Shown piece by piece: positions 48,149-58,509 of a stretch of 64,000 bases of DNA. The translations under genes and the position numbers were made by a program. Numbering within the stretch: the first letter of the stretch is position 1; each line of letters starts with the position of its first letter. The DNA comes from Candidatus Tayloriibacteriota bacterium (GTDB lineage: Bacteria; Patescibacteriota; Minisyncoccia; Phycocordibacterales; PALSA-1337), in NCBI GenBank assembly GCA_037129895.1, contig JBAXUB010000002.1, positions 463 through 64,462 on the forward strand. Direction: 5' to 3'. The notes under the pieces are model-generated. The model was not told the origin of the DNA, searched no databases, and saw nothing but the letters and a program-made list of their open reading frames with translations.

Positions 48149-49150
48149 CTACTTGACCTTGGAGAGCAGTTTGACCACATCTGCGTCTCTCGCAGCACTA
48201 CCCAACACGATGACGGCATACTTATCCGTATCATGATCCATAGAGAACAGTGCTGCCCCAGTTCGATCGGCCTCAGGTGTATAACCATTCTTGCCTCCGG
48301 CATAATTCGACCAATTCAAGAAATGTGTCGGGTTGACCCAAGTATGAGAACGAACCGTCTTGGTCTTCATCTTTGTTATATCCATAATTCCAGGATCATT
48401 TTTTTCGATCCACTTCATTATGATGACTAGATCATTGGCAGTAGAGACGTTACGTGGAGACAAACCTGATGGATCCTCGAATGATGTTCGATATGCTCCG
48501 ATAGATTGGACGAAGTCATTCATCGCTTGTATGAATTTGGCTCTGCCATAAAACTGTGCGAACGCCTCAGCGGCATCATTACTTGAGACCATAAGTAGTG
48601 GGTAATACAGATCACTAGCTACGAATGTCTCACCCACTTTGAATTGAGCAGTATTACCATACGTCGCCATGATTCGCTGATTCATCGTGATCCGTGCTGA
48701 AGGACTAACCTTCTGTCTAGCCACTATAGCCGTAACCAATTTTGATAACGAAGCGATCGGCATGACTGTATTTGAATTATGTTCTAGTGAGACTATACCC
48801 GAATTGATACTCTTTACGATATACGCTCCGGCTGTCACATTGACCGGTGAAGCATCTGGTAATGACAGAGTAGCTGCACTTATCAGATCCTCTTCTTCAC
48901 TAGCTGTATATCGGATCATCCTCTTCAGACCAGATATAGTGGTACTAGCTGTGATCCCTGGGCTCAACGATATTGGTAATGATATAGAAAAATTTGCATA
49001 TTTGGAAAATGTTGCGGCCAAATTCGGTACTTTTACTGAACTCGCTGCTTGCGTTACTACTGGCCATGCCATACTGACTCCATGAGCAAAACCTACACCG
49101 ATCCCCAGTGTCGCCAGTCCACCAAAAACTATATAGAAGAATGACTTCAT
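48149..49150 (-). CDS. D-alanyl-D-alanine carboxypeptidase (peptidase S11)
   Basis: ASLSK (SxxK), SSN, DPSGL and GGKNGYT (KTG variant). Confidence 0.9.
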   Translation of the reverse strand: MKSFFYIVFGGLATLGIGVGFAHGVSMAWPVVTQAASSVKVPNLAATFSKYANFSISLPISLSPGITASTTISGLKRMIRYTASEEEDLISAATLSLPDASPVNVTAGAYIVKSINSGIVSLEHNSNTVMPIASLSKLVTAIVARQKVSPSARITMNQRIMATYGNTAQFKVGETFVASDLYYPLLMVSSNDAAEAFAQFYGRAKFIQAMNDFVQSIGAYRTSFEDPSGLSPRNVSTANDLVIIMKWIEKNDPGIMDITKMKTKTVRSHTWVNPTHFLNWSNYAGGKNGYTPEADRTGAALFSMDHDTDKYAVIVLGSAARDADVVKLLSKVK

Positions 49151-50049
49151 TTATAGAATATATTAGCACCATACCTCACATCAATATAATCAAAGGTCGT
49201 AGTTGCAGACTTGTTCTTGAGTTTGTTCGTCATATTTTTCCAAAAAGAAACCAGATTGGCCAATTCATCATCTAGTGGCCTATCATCATTGAAATATATC
49301 ACCGTAACATTATTGAATTCACTCGAACTGGCTTGATTCTCAGCATACAATTCATATTCACCAGCTCCCTTGACCAAGATGGCATCTGCTATGATGCCAC
49401 TTTTGACAACATCATTATAGAATTTCTGTAAACCAAAAAACTCTTCAGTAGAACTCGCGTACTTACCGATAATACTCTCCGTTGAACTACCATTGTCGAA
49501 TAGTGATGGAATATAATATCTATGATATACATTTCCAGTTAATAATGGAGCCTTCTTGAATATATACCCATGAGCATCGATATAATAACAATCAGCCTCG
49601 ATGAGAGAAATGTCTTTGATCTCAGAAAAATCTGGATAGCCTGAGCAGACGATCGCTACTGGCGTCTTGCTTTTGACCGTAATATCTAGGACGTTGCCAC
49701 CTGCTTTTACTACGCTGACCGTCTCCACTTCAGGTGAAATCTTCTGTAAATTATATAATATTTCATCTTTTGGATAAAAGAACTTGCTAGATTTTGGCAA
49801 TATTCCCATATATTTACCTTCTAGAGACATGAGTGCCGAAGCTTGCATCGAGGAAATGATACCGTCAGAAATACCAGTTACCTTCACATCATCCAAACTG
49901 AAAACACCGAGTGAAGCAATCCTGACGAATGAAAACACCCACGTAAATAGGGATACGACCACCAATGAAGAAGCTATGATGATACGAATCCTCCTACGTT
50001 TCGAAAAATTTTGCGACTGCAAGTTTTGGTGACGTGTTTTTGCATGCAT
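49147..50049 (-). CDS. FtsQ/DivIB-like cell division protein
   Basis: Basic N-terminus, single TM, POTRA-like region, C-terminal YIDVRYG. Confidence 0.75.
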   Translation of the reverse strand: MHAKTRHQNLQSQNFSKRRRIRIIIASSLVVVSLFTWVFSFVRIASLGVFSLDDVKVTGISDGIISSMQASALMSLEGKYMGILPKSSKFFYPKDEILYNLQKISPEVETVSVVKAGGNVLDITVKSKTPVAIVCSGYPDFSEIKDISLIEADCYYIDAHGYIFKKAPLLTGNVYHRYYIPSLFDNGSSTESIIGKYASSTEEFFGLQKFYNDVVKSGIIADAILVKGAGEYELYAENQASSSEFNNVTVIYFNDDRPLDDELANLVSFWKNMTNKLKNKSATTTFDYIDVRYGANIFYK

Positions 50050-50108
50050 AACATTTTTTCATAACTATATGACCGCTGACAAATGAGGCCTCGATGAATT
50101 TTCTGCAA

Positions 50109-51374
50109 CTACGCACCTATAATATCCTTGCCGAGATACTTGACCAATACTTCTGGGACTTTGATCGTACCATCTGCCTGTTGGAAATTCTCTACGAGCG
50201 ATACGAGTATTCTCGGTGTTGGAATAGCAGTAGAATTCAATGAATGAGCATAGCGCAATGTTCCCTCTTGGTCACGATAGCGGATATTCAATCTACGCGT
50301 CTGAAAATCATGGAAATATGAAGCTGAACTGATCTCTCTATATTTCGACTCCTTTGGAACCCAGAGCTCGATATCATATTTCTTTACTTGTCCCAAACCT
50401 AGATCTGCTCCACAATTGATCACGGTTCTGTAAGGAATCCTCAGAGATTCGATGAACTCCTCAGTATTTCTATTGACCTCATCATGATATTTGACTGACG
50501 TCTCATGATTGGCTTCGCACATGACCACTTGTTCGAGTTTGTAGAATTCATTGACTCGGATGAGTCCACGCACATCCTTGCCGTGCGCACCAGCTTCACG
50601 ACGATAGCAAGGAGAAAAACCTAGATATCTCTTTGGTAGATCGGCTGCAGCCAAAGTCTCGTCAGCATGTAGGCCCATGAGTGGAACTTCGGCAGTACCA
50701 GCGAGATAGTCGCCATCTTGAGTCTTGTACATATCTTCTTCTCCTTGTGGTAAATACCCTGTACCGAATAGATTGATCTTCCTAACCAATATTGGTGGAA
50801 TAACCGGAGTAAAATTCTTCTTAGAAAAGAAATCCAGTGCATAAGACCAGATAGCAAAACATAATTTTACACCATCTCCTGTGAGGAAATATCCTCTGAA
50901 ACCGTGCACTTTCTGACCACGTTCTAGATCGAGCATGCCTAGCTTGGTCATGATCTCTACATGATCCTTTGGTTCGAATGCAAATGATGTCTTGTCTCCC
51001 CACGTCTTTATCTCTCTGTTATCAGCATCACTGTTGCCATCTGGAACCGACATATCAGGAATGTTTGGTACTTGGAGCATGAGTGACTGCCAATCCTTCA
51101 TAATAGGTTTCAAAGCTTCCTCATCCTTTTCTAGAGCAGTCTTTACGACTTTCATATCGGCTATCAATTTTGCACGCTCTTCTGGAGTCGTTGCACTAGC
51201 GATCTTGTCACTCGCGGCATTCTGTTCCGCACGAAGCTTTTCTGAATTTGTCAGGAATTTCCTCCTCTCATCGTCTGCGGTGATCAGTTTCTCTACATCA
51301 AAATCAATATGCTTCTTCTTTGCTGCTAATTGGATCAAGTCCTTATTTTCTCTTATGAATTTTATATCTAACAT
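50109..51374 (-). CDS. serS: Serine--tRNA ligase
   Basis: MLDIKFIREN, GTAEV, YRREAG, F.KLEQ and EISSAS motifs. Confidence 0.98.
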   Translation of the reverse strand: MLDIKFIRENKDLIQLAAKKKHIDFDVEKLITADDERRKFLTNSEKLRAEQNAASDKIASATTPEERAKLIADMKVVKTALEKDEEALKPIMKDWQSLMLQVPNIPDMSVPDGNSDADNREIKTWGDKTSFAFEPKDHVEIMTKLGMLDLERGQKVHGFRGYFLTGDGVKLCFAIWSYALDFFSKKNFTPVIPPILVRKINLFGTGYLPQGEEDMYKTQDGDYLAGTAEVPLMGLHADETLAAADLPKRYLGFSPCYRREAGAHGKDVRGLIRVNEFYKLEQVVMCEANHETSVKYHDEVNRNTEEFIESLRIPYRTVINCGADLGLGQVKKYDIELWVPKESKYREISSASYFHDFQTRRLNIRYRDQEGTLRYAHSLNSTAIPTPRILVSLVENFQQADGTIKVPEVLVKYLGKDIIGA

Positions 51375-51535
51375 AGTGTTTTTATTGTAGCACCGTTTTC
51401 CTCATATTTGAAGTATGGGTATTCTGGCTATAAACCTCATCAACCTATCAACTCATTTACTTCTTTATCACAATTTTATCGAATCTTGATACAAAATTGA
51501 GCAGGATTTTATCTGCTATTTGATAGCATGAGATC

Positions 51536-52435
51536 ATGCAATACACAAAACTATTACCAGACAACTATCCTTACCTCTTGAAACAGCTGGATAAGCAGCC
51601 ACCATATCTATATATAGCCGGAGCACCGATACCTTACCCAGACAAAAACTACAAATTTCTCTGTGTTGTAGGTGCCAGGAAATATAGCGATTATGGAAAA
51701 CGAGTATGCTATGAACTTATCCGTGGTTTGAAGAACTATCCAATAGTTATAGTCTCAGGTCTCGCGCTGGGTATTGACTCACTCGCACATACAGCAGCAC
51801 TAGAGAACGGTTTACAGACGATCGCTATTCCTGGATCAGGATTGGACGACAATGTTATATATCCTCGATCGCACTATCTATTGGCAAAACACATCATTGA
51901 ATCTGGTAACACGTTACTTTCTCCATTCGAACCAGACCAAAATAGTACCAAATGGACATTCCCTGTTAGGAACCAATTGATGGCTGGAATATCTCATGCG
52001 ACGCTGGTAATAGAAGGTCGGCAGAAGTCAGGGACATTACTGACAGCCCAAAATGCTATAGATATGAACCGGGATGTATATATAGTACCTGGATCGATCT
52101 TCTCTGACCTATCGTATGGCCCCCACACACTATATTCACAGGGTGCCAAACCGGTAATGAATGCAAAAGACATACTAGAGTATCTCGATCTAGATATACA
52201 CGAGGAACACACTGATCGAACAGTCGCCATATTCGAACGTGCGATGAAGAGTTTACCTGACGATCAAAAGATCATATTGCGTGAGTTACAGTTCAAACCG
52301 ATGTCATCCACTGATCTTATCGACAAACTCGGTATATCGGCAACATACTTCAATGTATTGGCTACCAAACTGGAACTTTATGGGATCATCTCAGAATCAC
52401 ACGGCATATACAAAATCGACGCTGGTACCAATTAG
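51536..52435 (+). CDS. dprA: DNA-processing protein DprA
   Basis: VVGAR, VSGLALGID, FPVRN and SGTL motifs; upstream of topA. Confidence 0.96.
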   Translation: MQYTKLLPDNYPYLLKQLDKQPPYLYIAGAPIPYPDKNYKFLCVVGARKYSDYGKRVCYELIRGLKNYPIVIVSGLALGIDSLAHTAALENGLQTIAIPGSGLDDNVIYPRSHYLLAKHIIESGNTLLSPFEPDQNSTKWTFPVRNQLMAGISHATLVIEGRQKSGTLLTAQNAIDMNRDVYIVPGSIFSDLSYGPHTLYSQGAKPVMNAKDILEYLDLDIHEEHTDRTVAIFERAMKSLPDDQKIILRELQFKPMSSTDLIDKLGISATYFNVLATKLELYGIISESHGIYKIDAGTN

Positions 52436-52510
52436 AAATGATAAATATTGGCAACATAAATGCGGGCCAAATTTTGAATTTTGTCAAACTCATGTAATAC
52501 TTATGCAATA

Positions 52511-54883
52511 ATGAAATTGGTCATCGTTGAATCCCCATCAAAATCAAAGACAATCACCAAATATCTTGGCGAAGGTTTTACCGTGCGTGCATCAGTCGGA
52601 CATATCAGAGATCTACCAAAATCCAGCAAGAAAGCTGTAGATATTGAGGGTGGCTTCATACCACATTATGAGGTCGTAGCAAAGAAAGAACCCGTGATCG
52701 CCGAGATCGCTTCCTTGGCGGAGAATGCTGACGAAATTATATTGGCAACTGACCCGGACCGAGAGGGTGAAGCGATCGCTTGGCACATTTCTGAAGTATT
52801 GCGCGAGCGACTTGGGAAATCAGTATCCAAAAAGATGGAACGTATAACATTCCACGAGATTACCAAGGAAGCTGTCCAGGATGCACTACAACATCCACGC
52901 GAGATCGATCAGCATCTACGTGAAGCTCAGGAAGCGCGCCGAGTCCTGGACCGTGTCTTTGGATATGCCCTGTCAGGACTCATATGGAAAAAGGTTAGAT
53001 ACGGCCTTTCGGCTGGACGTGTTCAGTCGCCAGCTTTGCGCATTATAATGGAACGCGAAAGAGAGATTCGTGCATTTATTCCTGAGAAATATTGGGCTAT
53101 AGAAGGTCTTTGGAACACATCGAAAGGTGCAGAACTCCGACTAAAATGTTCAAAGGAGCCTCGAGATGAAAAAGAAGTAAAGAAAATCCTGGAAATAGCT
53201 AGAAGTGAGCCTTGGAAAATAGTCGACATCGAGGAATCTGAGCAAAAAAGGTCTCCGAGGGCACCATTTATTACATCTACATTACAACAAGCAGCAAGCT
53301 CCAGGCTTGGTTTCTCACCTTCAAGAACAATGGGTATTGCACAAAAGCTCTACGAGTCTGGCTTCATCACATACATGCGCACAGATTCGACGAACCTAGG
53401 CCAGCAAGCACTTGATCAGATAGGAGCAGTTGTCACAAAGCAATATGGAAAAGAATATTTGGAATTTAGGAAATACTCAACAAAGAGTAAGAATGCACAA
53501 GAGGCCCATGAAGCTATCCGTCCTTCACATTTCGATAAATTAAATGCTGGACATAATGATGAACAAAAGAAACTTTACAAGCTGATCTGGCAAAGAGCTG
53601 TTTCTTCGCAGATGGCAGATGCGAGAGTTGCTAGGACAAAGATCATAGCAAATGTGACGGGTGGTAATGGAGACTCTACAACTTCCACGATTCCCGACTT
53701 TGAAGCAAATGGTTCAAGGGTGATATACGATGGTTGGCTCATAGCTGATCCAGAGTCAAAAGGTGAAGAAGTCAATCTGCCAAAATGTGAGAAGGGTGAA
53801 AAATTAATATTGGTAAGCATTGATTCTCTAGAAAAGCAGACTGAGCCACCTCCAAGATACACGGAAGCAGGTCTCATCAAAGAGCTTGAAAAGAGAGGCA
53901 TCGGCAGACCGTCTACATATGCAAGTATTTGTAAGACCATAGAAGATCGTGGCTACGTAGAAAAGCTCAACAAATCACTTAAACCAACGGATACCGGCGA
54001 TGTGGTGTCTTCATTTGTCGAAGAGAACTTCCCAACCTATATCAGTGACTCATTCACAGCAGAGATGGAAAATGAGCTGGACGAAATAGCGAACGGTGAA
54101 AGAACTTATCTCAAAACTTTATCTGATTTCTACAAGCCGTTTAGTAAAGAATTGAAAGAGAAGGAAAAAACGGCGAAGATCACCAATCTCGGTGTTGCCG
54201 ATGCAAAGTTCAAATGTCCGAAATGTGCTAGCTCTATGGATATCAAGCTTGGTCGTAATGGCAAGTTCCTATCTTGCTCAAAATATCCAGACTGTGATGG
54301 CGCGCTGACTCTAGAAGGTGTCGAATTTAAGAAAGATGAGCCGATAGGTGTAGATCCAGTTTCTGGACTTCCCATATTTGTGTTGAATGGAAGATTCGGA
54401 CCATATGTTCAATTGGGTGTGAAATTGCCGAAAGTGAAGAAGGCGAAGAAGCCCATCCTTCACTCCTCGCAGGCTCGGAGCTACGGAGTGCAAGAAGGAG
54501 CAAGGAGCAAGAAGGAAGGAGAAATACAACAAATCTCTTCTACGGAACCCGTCGAGGACATTAAGGTTATACCAGTCAAACCCCGCATGGCTTCTATTCC
54601 AAAGACGATGGATCCATCCAAAGTAACTGTGAAGGACGCTATGAAATATTTGAGCTTACCTAGAACTCTCGGTATTGATCCAAAGACAAGTAAAGACGTT
54701 GTCGCATCTGCTGGCAGATTTGGCCCATATATAGTATCTGATGGCAATTTCAGATCGATCAAAGTGCCAGATGACGTTTACGAGATCACACTAGAACGCG
54801 CACTCGAAATGCTCGCTATTCCAAAAGCGGTTAGAAAAGGTAGATTTGCGAAGAAAGCGACTGATTCAAAGACACAAGCCTAA
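52511..54883 (+). CDS. topA: DNA topoisomerase I
   Basis: IVESPSK, ATDPDREGE, SAGRVQS and ITYMRTDS motifs; Zn ribbon and C-terminal GRFGPY repeats. Confidence 0.98.
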   Translation: MKLVIVESPSKSKTITKYLGEGFTVRASVGHIRDLPKSSKKAVDIEGGFIPHYEVVAKKEPVIAEIASLAENADEIILATDPDREGEAIAWHISEVLRERLGKSVSKKMERITFHEITKEAVQDALQHPREIDQHLREAQEARRVLDRVFGYALSGLIWKKVRYGLSAGRVQSPALRIIMEREREIRAFIPEKYWAIEGLWNTSKGAELRLKCSKEPRDEKEVKKILEIARSEPWKIVDIEESEQKRSPRAPFITSTLQQAASSRLGFSPSRTMGIAQKLYESGFITYMRTDSTNLGQQALDQIGAVVTKQYGKEYLEFRKYSTKSKNAQEAHEAIRPSHFDKLNAGHNDEQKKLYKLIWQRAVSSQMADARVARTKIIANVTGGNGDSTTSTIPDFEANGSRVIYDGWLIADPESKGEEVNLPKCEKGEKLILVSIDSLEKQTEPPPRYTEAGLIKELEKRGIGRPSTYASICKTIEDRGYVEKLNKSLKPTDTGDVVSSFVEENFPTYISDSFTAEMENELDEIANGERTYLKTLSDFYKPFSKELKEKEKTAKITNLGVADAKFKCPKCASSMDIKLGRNGKFLSCSKYPDCDGALTLEGVEFKKDEPIGVDPVSGLPIFVLNGRFGPYVQLGVKLPKVKKAKKPILHSSQARSYGVQEGARSKKEGEIQQISSTEPVEDIKVIPVKPRMASIPKTMDPSKVTVKDAMKYLSLPRTLGIDPKTSKDVVASAGRFGPYIVSDGNFRSIKVPDDVYEITLERALEMLAIPKAVRKGRFAKKATDSKTQA

Positions 54884-54890
54884 ACAATTA

Positions 54891-56537
54891 CTAGATCCAA
54901 CCCAACGCCTTGAGTTTCAATATCACTGACTGATAATGTCCTGCAACTGCTGGAAAATTGGACTTATAACCATTGTCCAAACATATCTGAATAGCACTGG
55001 TAGGATTTTGTGCACCAAATTGCATAGCATTGAATAGTGCCAAGAATTCTGGATTCTTTATATCACTGTTCTGCCAGTATGTTTCAACCCAGTTATGAAC
55101 ATACCCTGCAAAGACCCCATTCCACCAATATACACGACCATCATCTTGACCACCTGATACGGTGTATGTAAATACATCTTCTACTTCACCAAGTGATGGT
55201 GATGTTGCAATATAGAATCTAGATTGAGTAACTAATTTATTAGCTGTACCACCTGTTGATGCTATCGTATCATCCATCTTCTTTGCTTCAGTCATGGATA
55301 TATAACTCTTACAGAAATTCGATCCAACATGATTGGTACCACGGAGAACTGGATCAGGATATCGGATGTTGATGAGACCAAACAAATTATTTAGTGTTAT
55401 CCAAGGATTGTTATATGACGCATTCTTACTCGCTTCACCGAATACACAACTCTGTGTCTGCGTCAGGCTGACAAAATTCGGACTTTTATCACCCAATCTG
55501 TCCGCCGTTGGACTGGCATCTCGAATAAATCGTGAACCACCAAATTGATCATACGCGATGACTCCAGGACAATATGGATCAGTTATCTTATCTCCTAACT
55601 TCGCAGTGCCACTAGGCTCAAAAGATATTGAGGGATTCAATGCTATTGGCGCACTAGTCAAAAAATTGTCTTTACATCCATGAGGCGCCACACTAGAATT
55701 GTAAAACTGATTTGGTCCACACATAGATTTTACCTTCATTCCAACTCCATCAACATATATCGACGTCCATACAGAAATAGTTGCACCTGATTGTGTTTTA
55801 GATAGAGTAGCAGGATAAGTAGTTGAGGATATGCTCAAATTACTCAATGTATTATCTATTGACGTCCCGATAGTTGTATTCGCTGCCGTTGCTGAATTAT
55901 CTGTAGCAGTTACCCCCGTACCAACTCTAGAACTCTGAGTTGCGTTGGTAGTTGTACTCGTCCTATTCGTCGTTCCACCACTTCCTGCACCACTTAGATA
56001 TGTTCTATAGAATGATCCCTCGACATATGTCGGAGTAGCTGCTGAACCAGGAGCTGCTGACTTTTGTGTACATACATATCCTAGAGGACAAGCAACTGGA
56101 GTCTGAGTAGCAGCGATACAGCTATAGCCTGCTGGACAGACAACAGAACCAGCATTAGCACCACTTGATCCAGAACTTGCACCAGAAGTCGTTCCACAAC
56201 TTTCTCTCTGTATAGCAGCTCTAGTTAGTGGTCCTACGAAACCTGTAGAGTCTAGACTATGTGCTGTTTGATAGCTCTTTACAGCATTCAATGTGACATT
56301 ACCAAAGTATCCAGTGGCTTCTACTGTCATATAGCCTGTGACATTCAGGTAATTTTGTAATGTTGTGACATCAGAGTTGGTGGTACTGAAGCGTAAGTCA
56401 GATGTAAGGTTGGTACAGGAAGATTGAGATGATCCTGTAGTATCATAGTCTCCTTGCAGAGCGTATGTGGTGGGAGATTGTATGATGAGGACAGCTAAAG
56501 TGATGATGGCGACTGATAGAGCGATAATTTTTTTCAT
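54891..56537 (-). CDS. Exported protein with peptidoglycan-binding (PG_binding_1) domain
   Basis: Signal peptide; DVTTLQNYL...TGYFGNVT..AVKSYQ...TGFVGPLTR; CPAGY repeats. Confidence 0.88.
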   Translation of the reverse strand: MKKIIALSVAIITLAVLIIQSPTTYALQGDYDTTGSSQSSCTNLTSDLRFSTTNSDVTTLQNYLNVTGYMTVEATGYFGNVTLNAVKSYQTAHSLDSTGFVGPLTRAAIQRESCGTTSGASSGSSGANAGSVVCPAGYSCIAATQTPVACPLGYVCTQKSAAPGSAATPTYVEGSFYRTYLSGAGSGGTTNRTSTTTNATQSSRVGTGVTATDNSATAANTTIGTSIDNTLSNLSISSTTYPATLSKTQSGATISVWTSIYVDGVGMKVKSMCGPNQFYNSSVAPHGCKDNFLTSAPIALNPSISFEPSGTAKLGDKITDPYCPGVIAYDQFGGSRFIRDASPTADRLGDKSPNFVSLTQTQSCVFGEASKNASYNNPWITLNNLFGLINIRYPDPVLRGTNHVGSNFCKSYISMTEAKKMDDTIASTGGTANKLVTQSRFYIATSPSLGEVEDVFTYTVSGGQDDGRVYWWNGVFAGYVHNWVETYWQNSDIKNPEFLALFNAMQFGAQNPTSAIQICLDNGYKSNFPAVAGHYQSVILKLKALGWI

Positions 56538-56604
56538 AGATTTTAAATTATTAATTATTTTTATTACTGAATCGATAAAATTATACAATACAAAAATTTC
56601 TACT

Positions 56605-57645
56605 CTACAACGAAAAATCCTTCAGTGAATATAGATCCTGATTGTCTTCTTTCTCAACATCAGCGGGTGCCCGATCATCCACCAGATCTGAAACTGCTGA
56701 CTGACTCTCTGCAATGACCGCAGTTTCTCCGACATTTATATTATTCCCTTCTTGATCCTTACTTCCTCCTCCATTACCGACTAAGCCCACTTCCTTCACA
56801 GCAACTCCTCTCTCCGTATTCGCCAGTTTTTCGAGCAATACACGTAGATCATCTGGACTAAAGAAGTCGATCACGACAGTCCCACCTTCCTTTACCCTTT
56901 CAATCCTCACGCGCGTCCCGAGTGTTTCTGTAAAAGTTTTCTCCATCTCGATCATGGCAGGATCCAGATATTTCCCCTTATTACGTATCTTTTCAGTTGC
57001 TACACGTCGTGACAATGATTCCGCTTCACGAACTGTTAGCTTCTTGGTCATTATCTCCTTGAATAGTACCAACTGTTCTTCGGGTCTATCAGTAAGCATG
57101 AGTAATGGCCTCGTATGACCTTCGGAGATCTTGCCATCCTGAAGCGCCGTGATCATCTCGTCCGGCAAACTTAAAATGCGTAATGAATTAGAGACATACT
57201 CACGGCTCTTGCCGACTTTTTCAGCAACCTGAGATTGCTTGAGTTTGAATTCCTTTACGAGTCTATCGAATGATCTGGCGCGATCTACAGCATTCAAGTC
57301 TTCTCTTTGTAGATTTTCAATAATAGCCATCTCAAGTTTGACCTGTGCGTCCTCCTCACCATTTCTGATAAGTGCTGGGACTTGCTGCAACCCTGCCAAC
57401 TTGGAGGCGCGCAAACGTCGCTCACCGGAGATGAGCTCATATTCTACTGTCATACCAGCACCTTCGTGATATACCTCTTTTCTAGTTACAACCAACGGCT
57501 GCAGCACTCCATACATCCTTATGGACTCAGACAAATCTTTTAGTTTTACCTGATCAAACTCCTGCCTTGGCTGATATGGGTTTGGATGTATCTTTTCCAC
57601 CTCTATCCAGAAGATGGCGTTATTCACATACGAATTCTGATGCAT
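56605..57645 (-). CDS. parB: ParB/Spo0J chromosome partitioning protein
   Basis: NPYQPR, GERRLRA, IENLQREDL and HTH (GKSREYVSN). Confidence 0.96.
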   Translation of the reverse strand: MHQNSYVNNAIFWIEVEKIHPNPYQPRQEFDQVKLKDLSESIRMYGVLQPLVVTRKEVYHEGAGMTVEYELISGERRLRASKLAGLQQVPALIRNGEEDAQVKLEMAIIENLQREDLNAVDRARSFDRLVKEFKLKQSQVAEKVGKSREYVSNSLRILSLPDEMITALQDGKISEGHTRPLLMLTDRPEEQLVLFKEIMTKKLTVREAESLSRRVATEKIRNKGKYLDPAMIEMEKTFTETLGTRVRIERVKEGGTVVIDFFSPDDLRVLLEKLANTERGVAVKEVGLVGNGGGSKDQEGNNINVGETAVIAESQSAVSDLVDDRAPADVEKEDNQDLYSLKDFSL

Positions 57646-57976
57646 AGTGCTATAATTATAGCAGATTCTAGTAGTCTATGGAAACAAATGAAGTACCAAT
57701 GTTCCATGTGAACGGTTCGACGAATACGCTCCAGAAGAAAAACAAGAGATCAAATGGAATCAGATCTACGATACGGAAGCCAACACTCCACACTAGCCAA
57801 TCCGTCTTCGGAAATCCGCATTTTGCGTCTGAGACGATCTCGATCTGGAAAGGCTCAAAAAACAGTGAACACCATAATCCGTCTCATGAATAGATGAAAA
57901 CGGCTCAATATCGCCGGCAGCTCCAATACTGCCGGCTTTTGTATTGCATTTATTTTGAGGATTGTATATGATAATC

Positions 57977-58365
57977 GGGAACAGAATTGATCTTTGAACG
58001 TTAACCACAAGTAGTCCGCGGACCGACACGACTACAACCGGTTGACTAGAAGCAGGGTTAAATACTATTCAGTATGCCAAACACGGTTACTGATCCATAT
58101 GATAATTCATACCATATGCCCCTGCCAGACTCATAGCTAAGGTGGATCAACCAATAAATGTCAGACCAGACAGATGCTGAACGAGTCTCTGACTACCGAA
58201 GCTTTTGTCACATCTCTTTACGCTGCACTTTCGCAGCGCGCAGAAGAGCCGATCCGGCCCTCGCATCTCCATGCATTCGGATCATAGTCTGCTATAGCAG
58301 TATGTGAGGTAGAAGATCTCTTTTGTTCTCAACCCGGCCGCCTCAGTGGTAGCCGGGCTTTTTTT
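57977..58365 (+). ncRNA. Candidate ~355-nt highly structured ncRNA with its own promoter and terminator
   Basis: 5' GGGAACAGAA..GATCTT pairs with 3' AAGATC..TTTTGTTCTC; many internal stems; terminator CCCGGC/GCCGGG plus T8. Confidence 0.6.
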
Positions 58366-58424
58366 ATTCAATGATATATTCCATAGTTGATTTTAGTTAA
58401 ATTTCAAGTAGACTATAGGTATAC

Positions 58425-58508
58425 GCCGAAGTGGTGAAATTGGCATACACGTAGCACTCAAAATGCTATGAGCGCAAGCTCGTGTGGGTTCAAGTCCCAC
58501 CTTCGGCA
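58425..58508 (+). tRNA. tRNA-Leu (CAA)
   Basis: GCCGAAG/CTTCGGC acceptor, anticodon loop CTCAAAA, long variable arm with GCAA loop. Confidence 0.97.
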
Positions 58509-58509
58509 C

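Noticed and set aside
57678-57893. 71-aa ORF divergent from parB
   Set aside because: No recognisable motif or RBS; coding status cannot be supported.
57977-58330. tmRNA, RNase P RNA or hammerhead ribozyme
   Set aside because: No tRNA-like ends or T-loop, no GAGGAAAGTCC or terminal P4 motif, and CTGAACGAG...CGAAG does not match the CUGANGA...GAAA core.
58468-58509. ORF-track start of the LAGLIDADG gene at 58468 and of miaA at 59078
   Set aside because: The first lies inside tRNA-Leu and the second inside the endonuclease gene; ATGs at 58510 and 59126 are more plausible.
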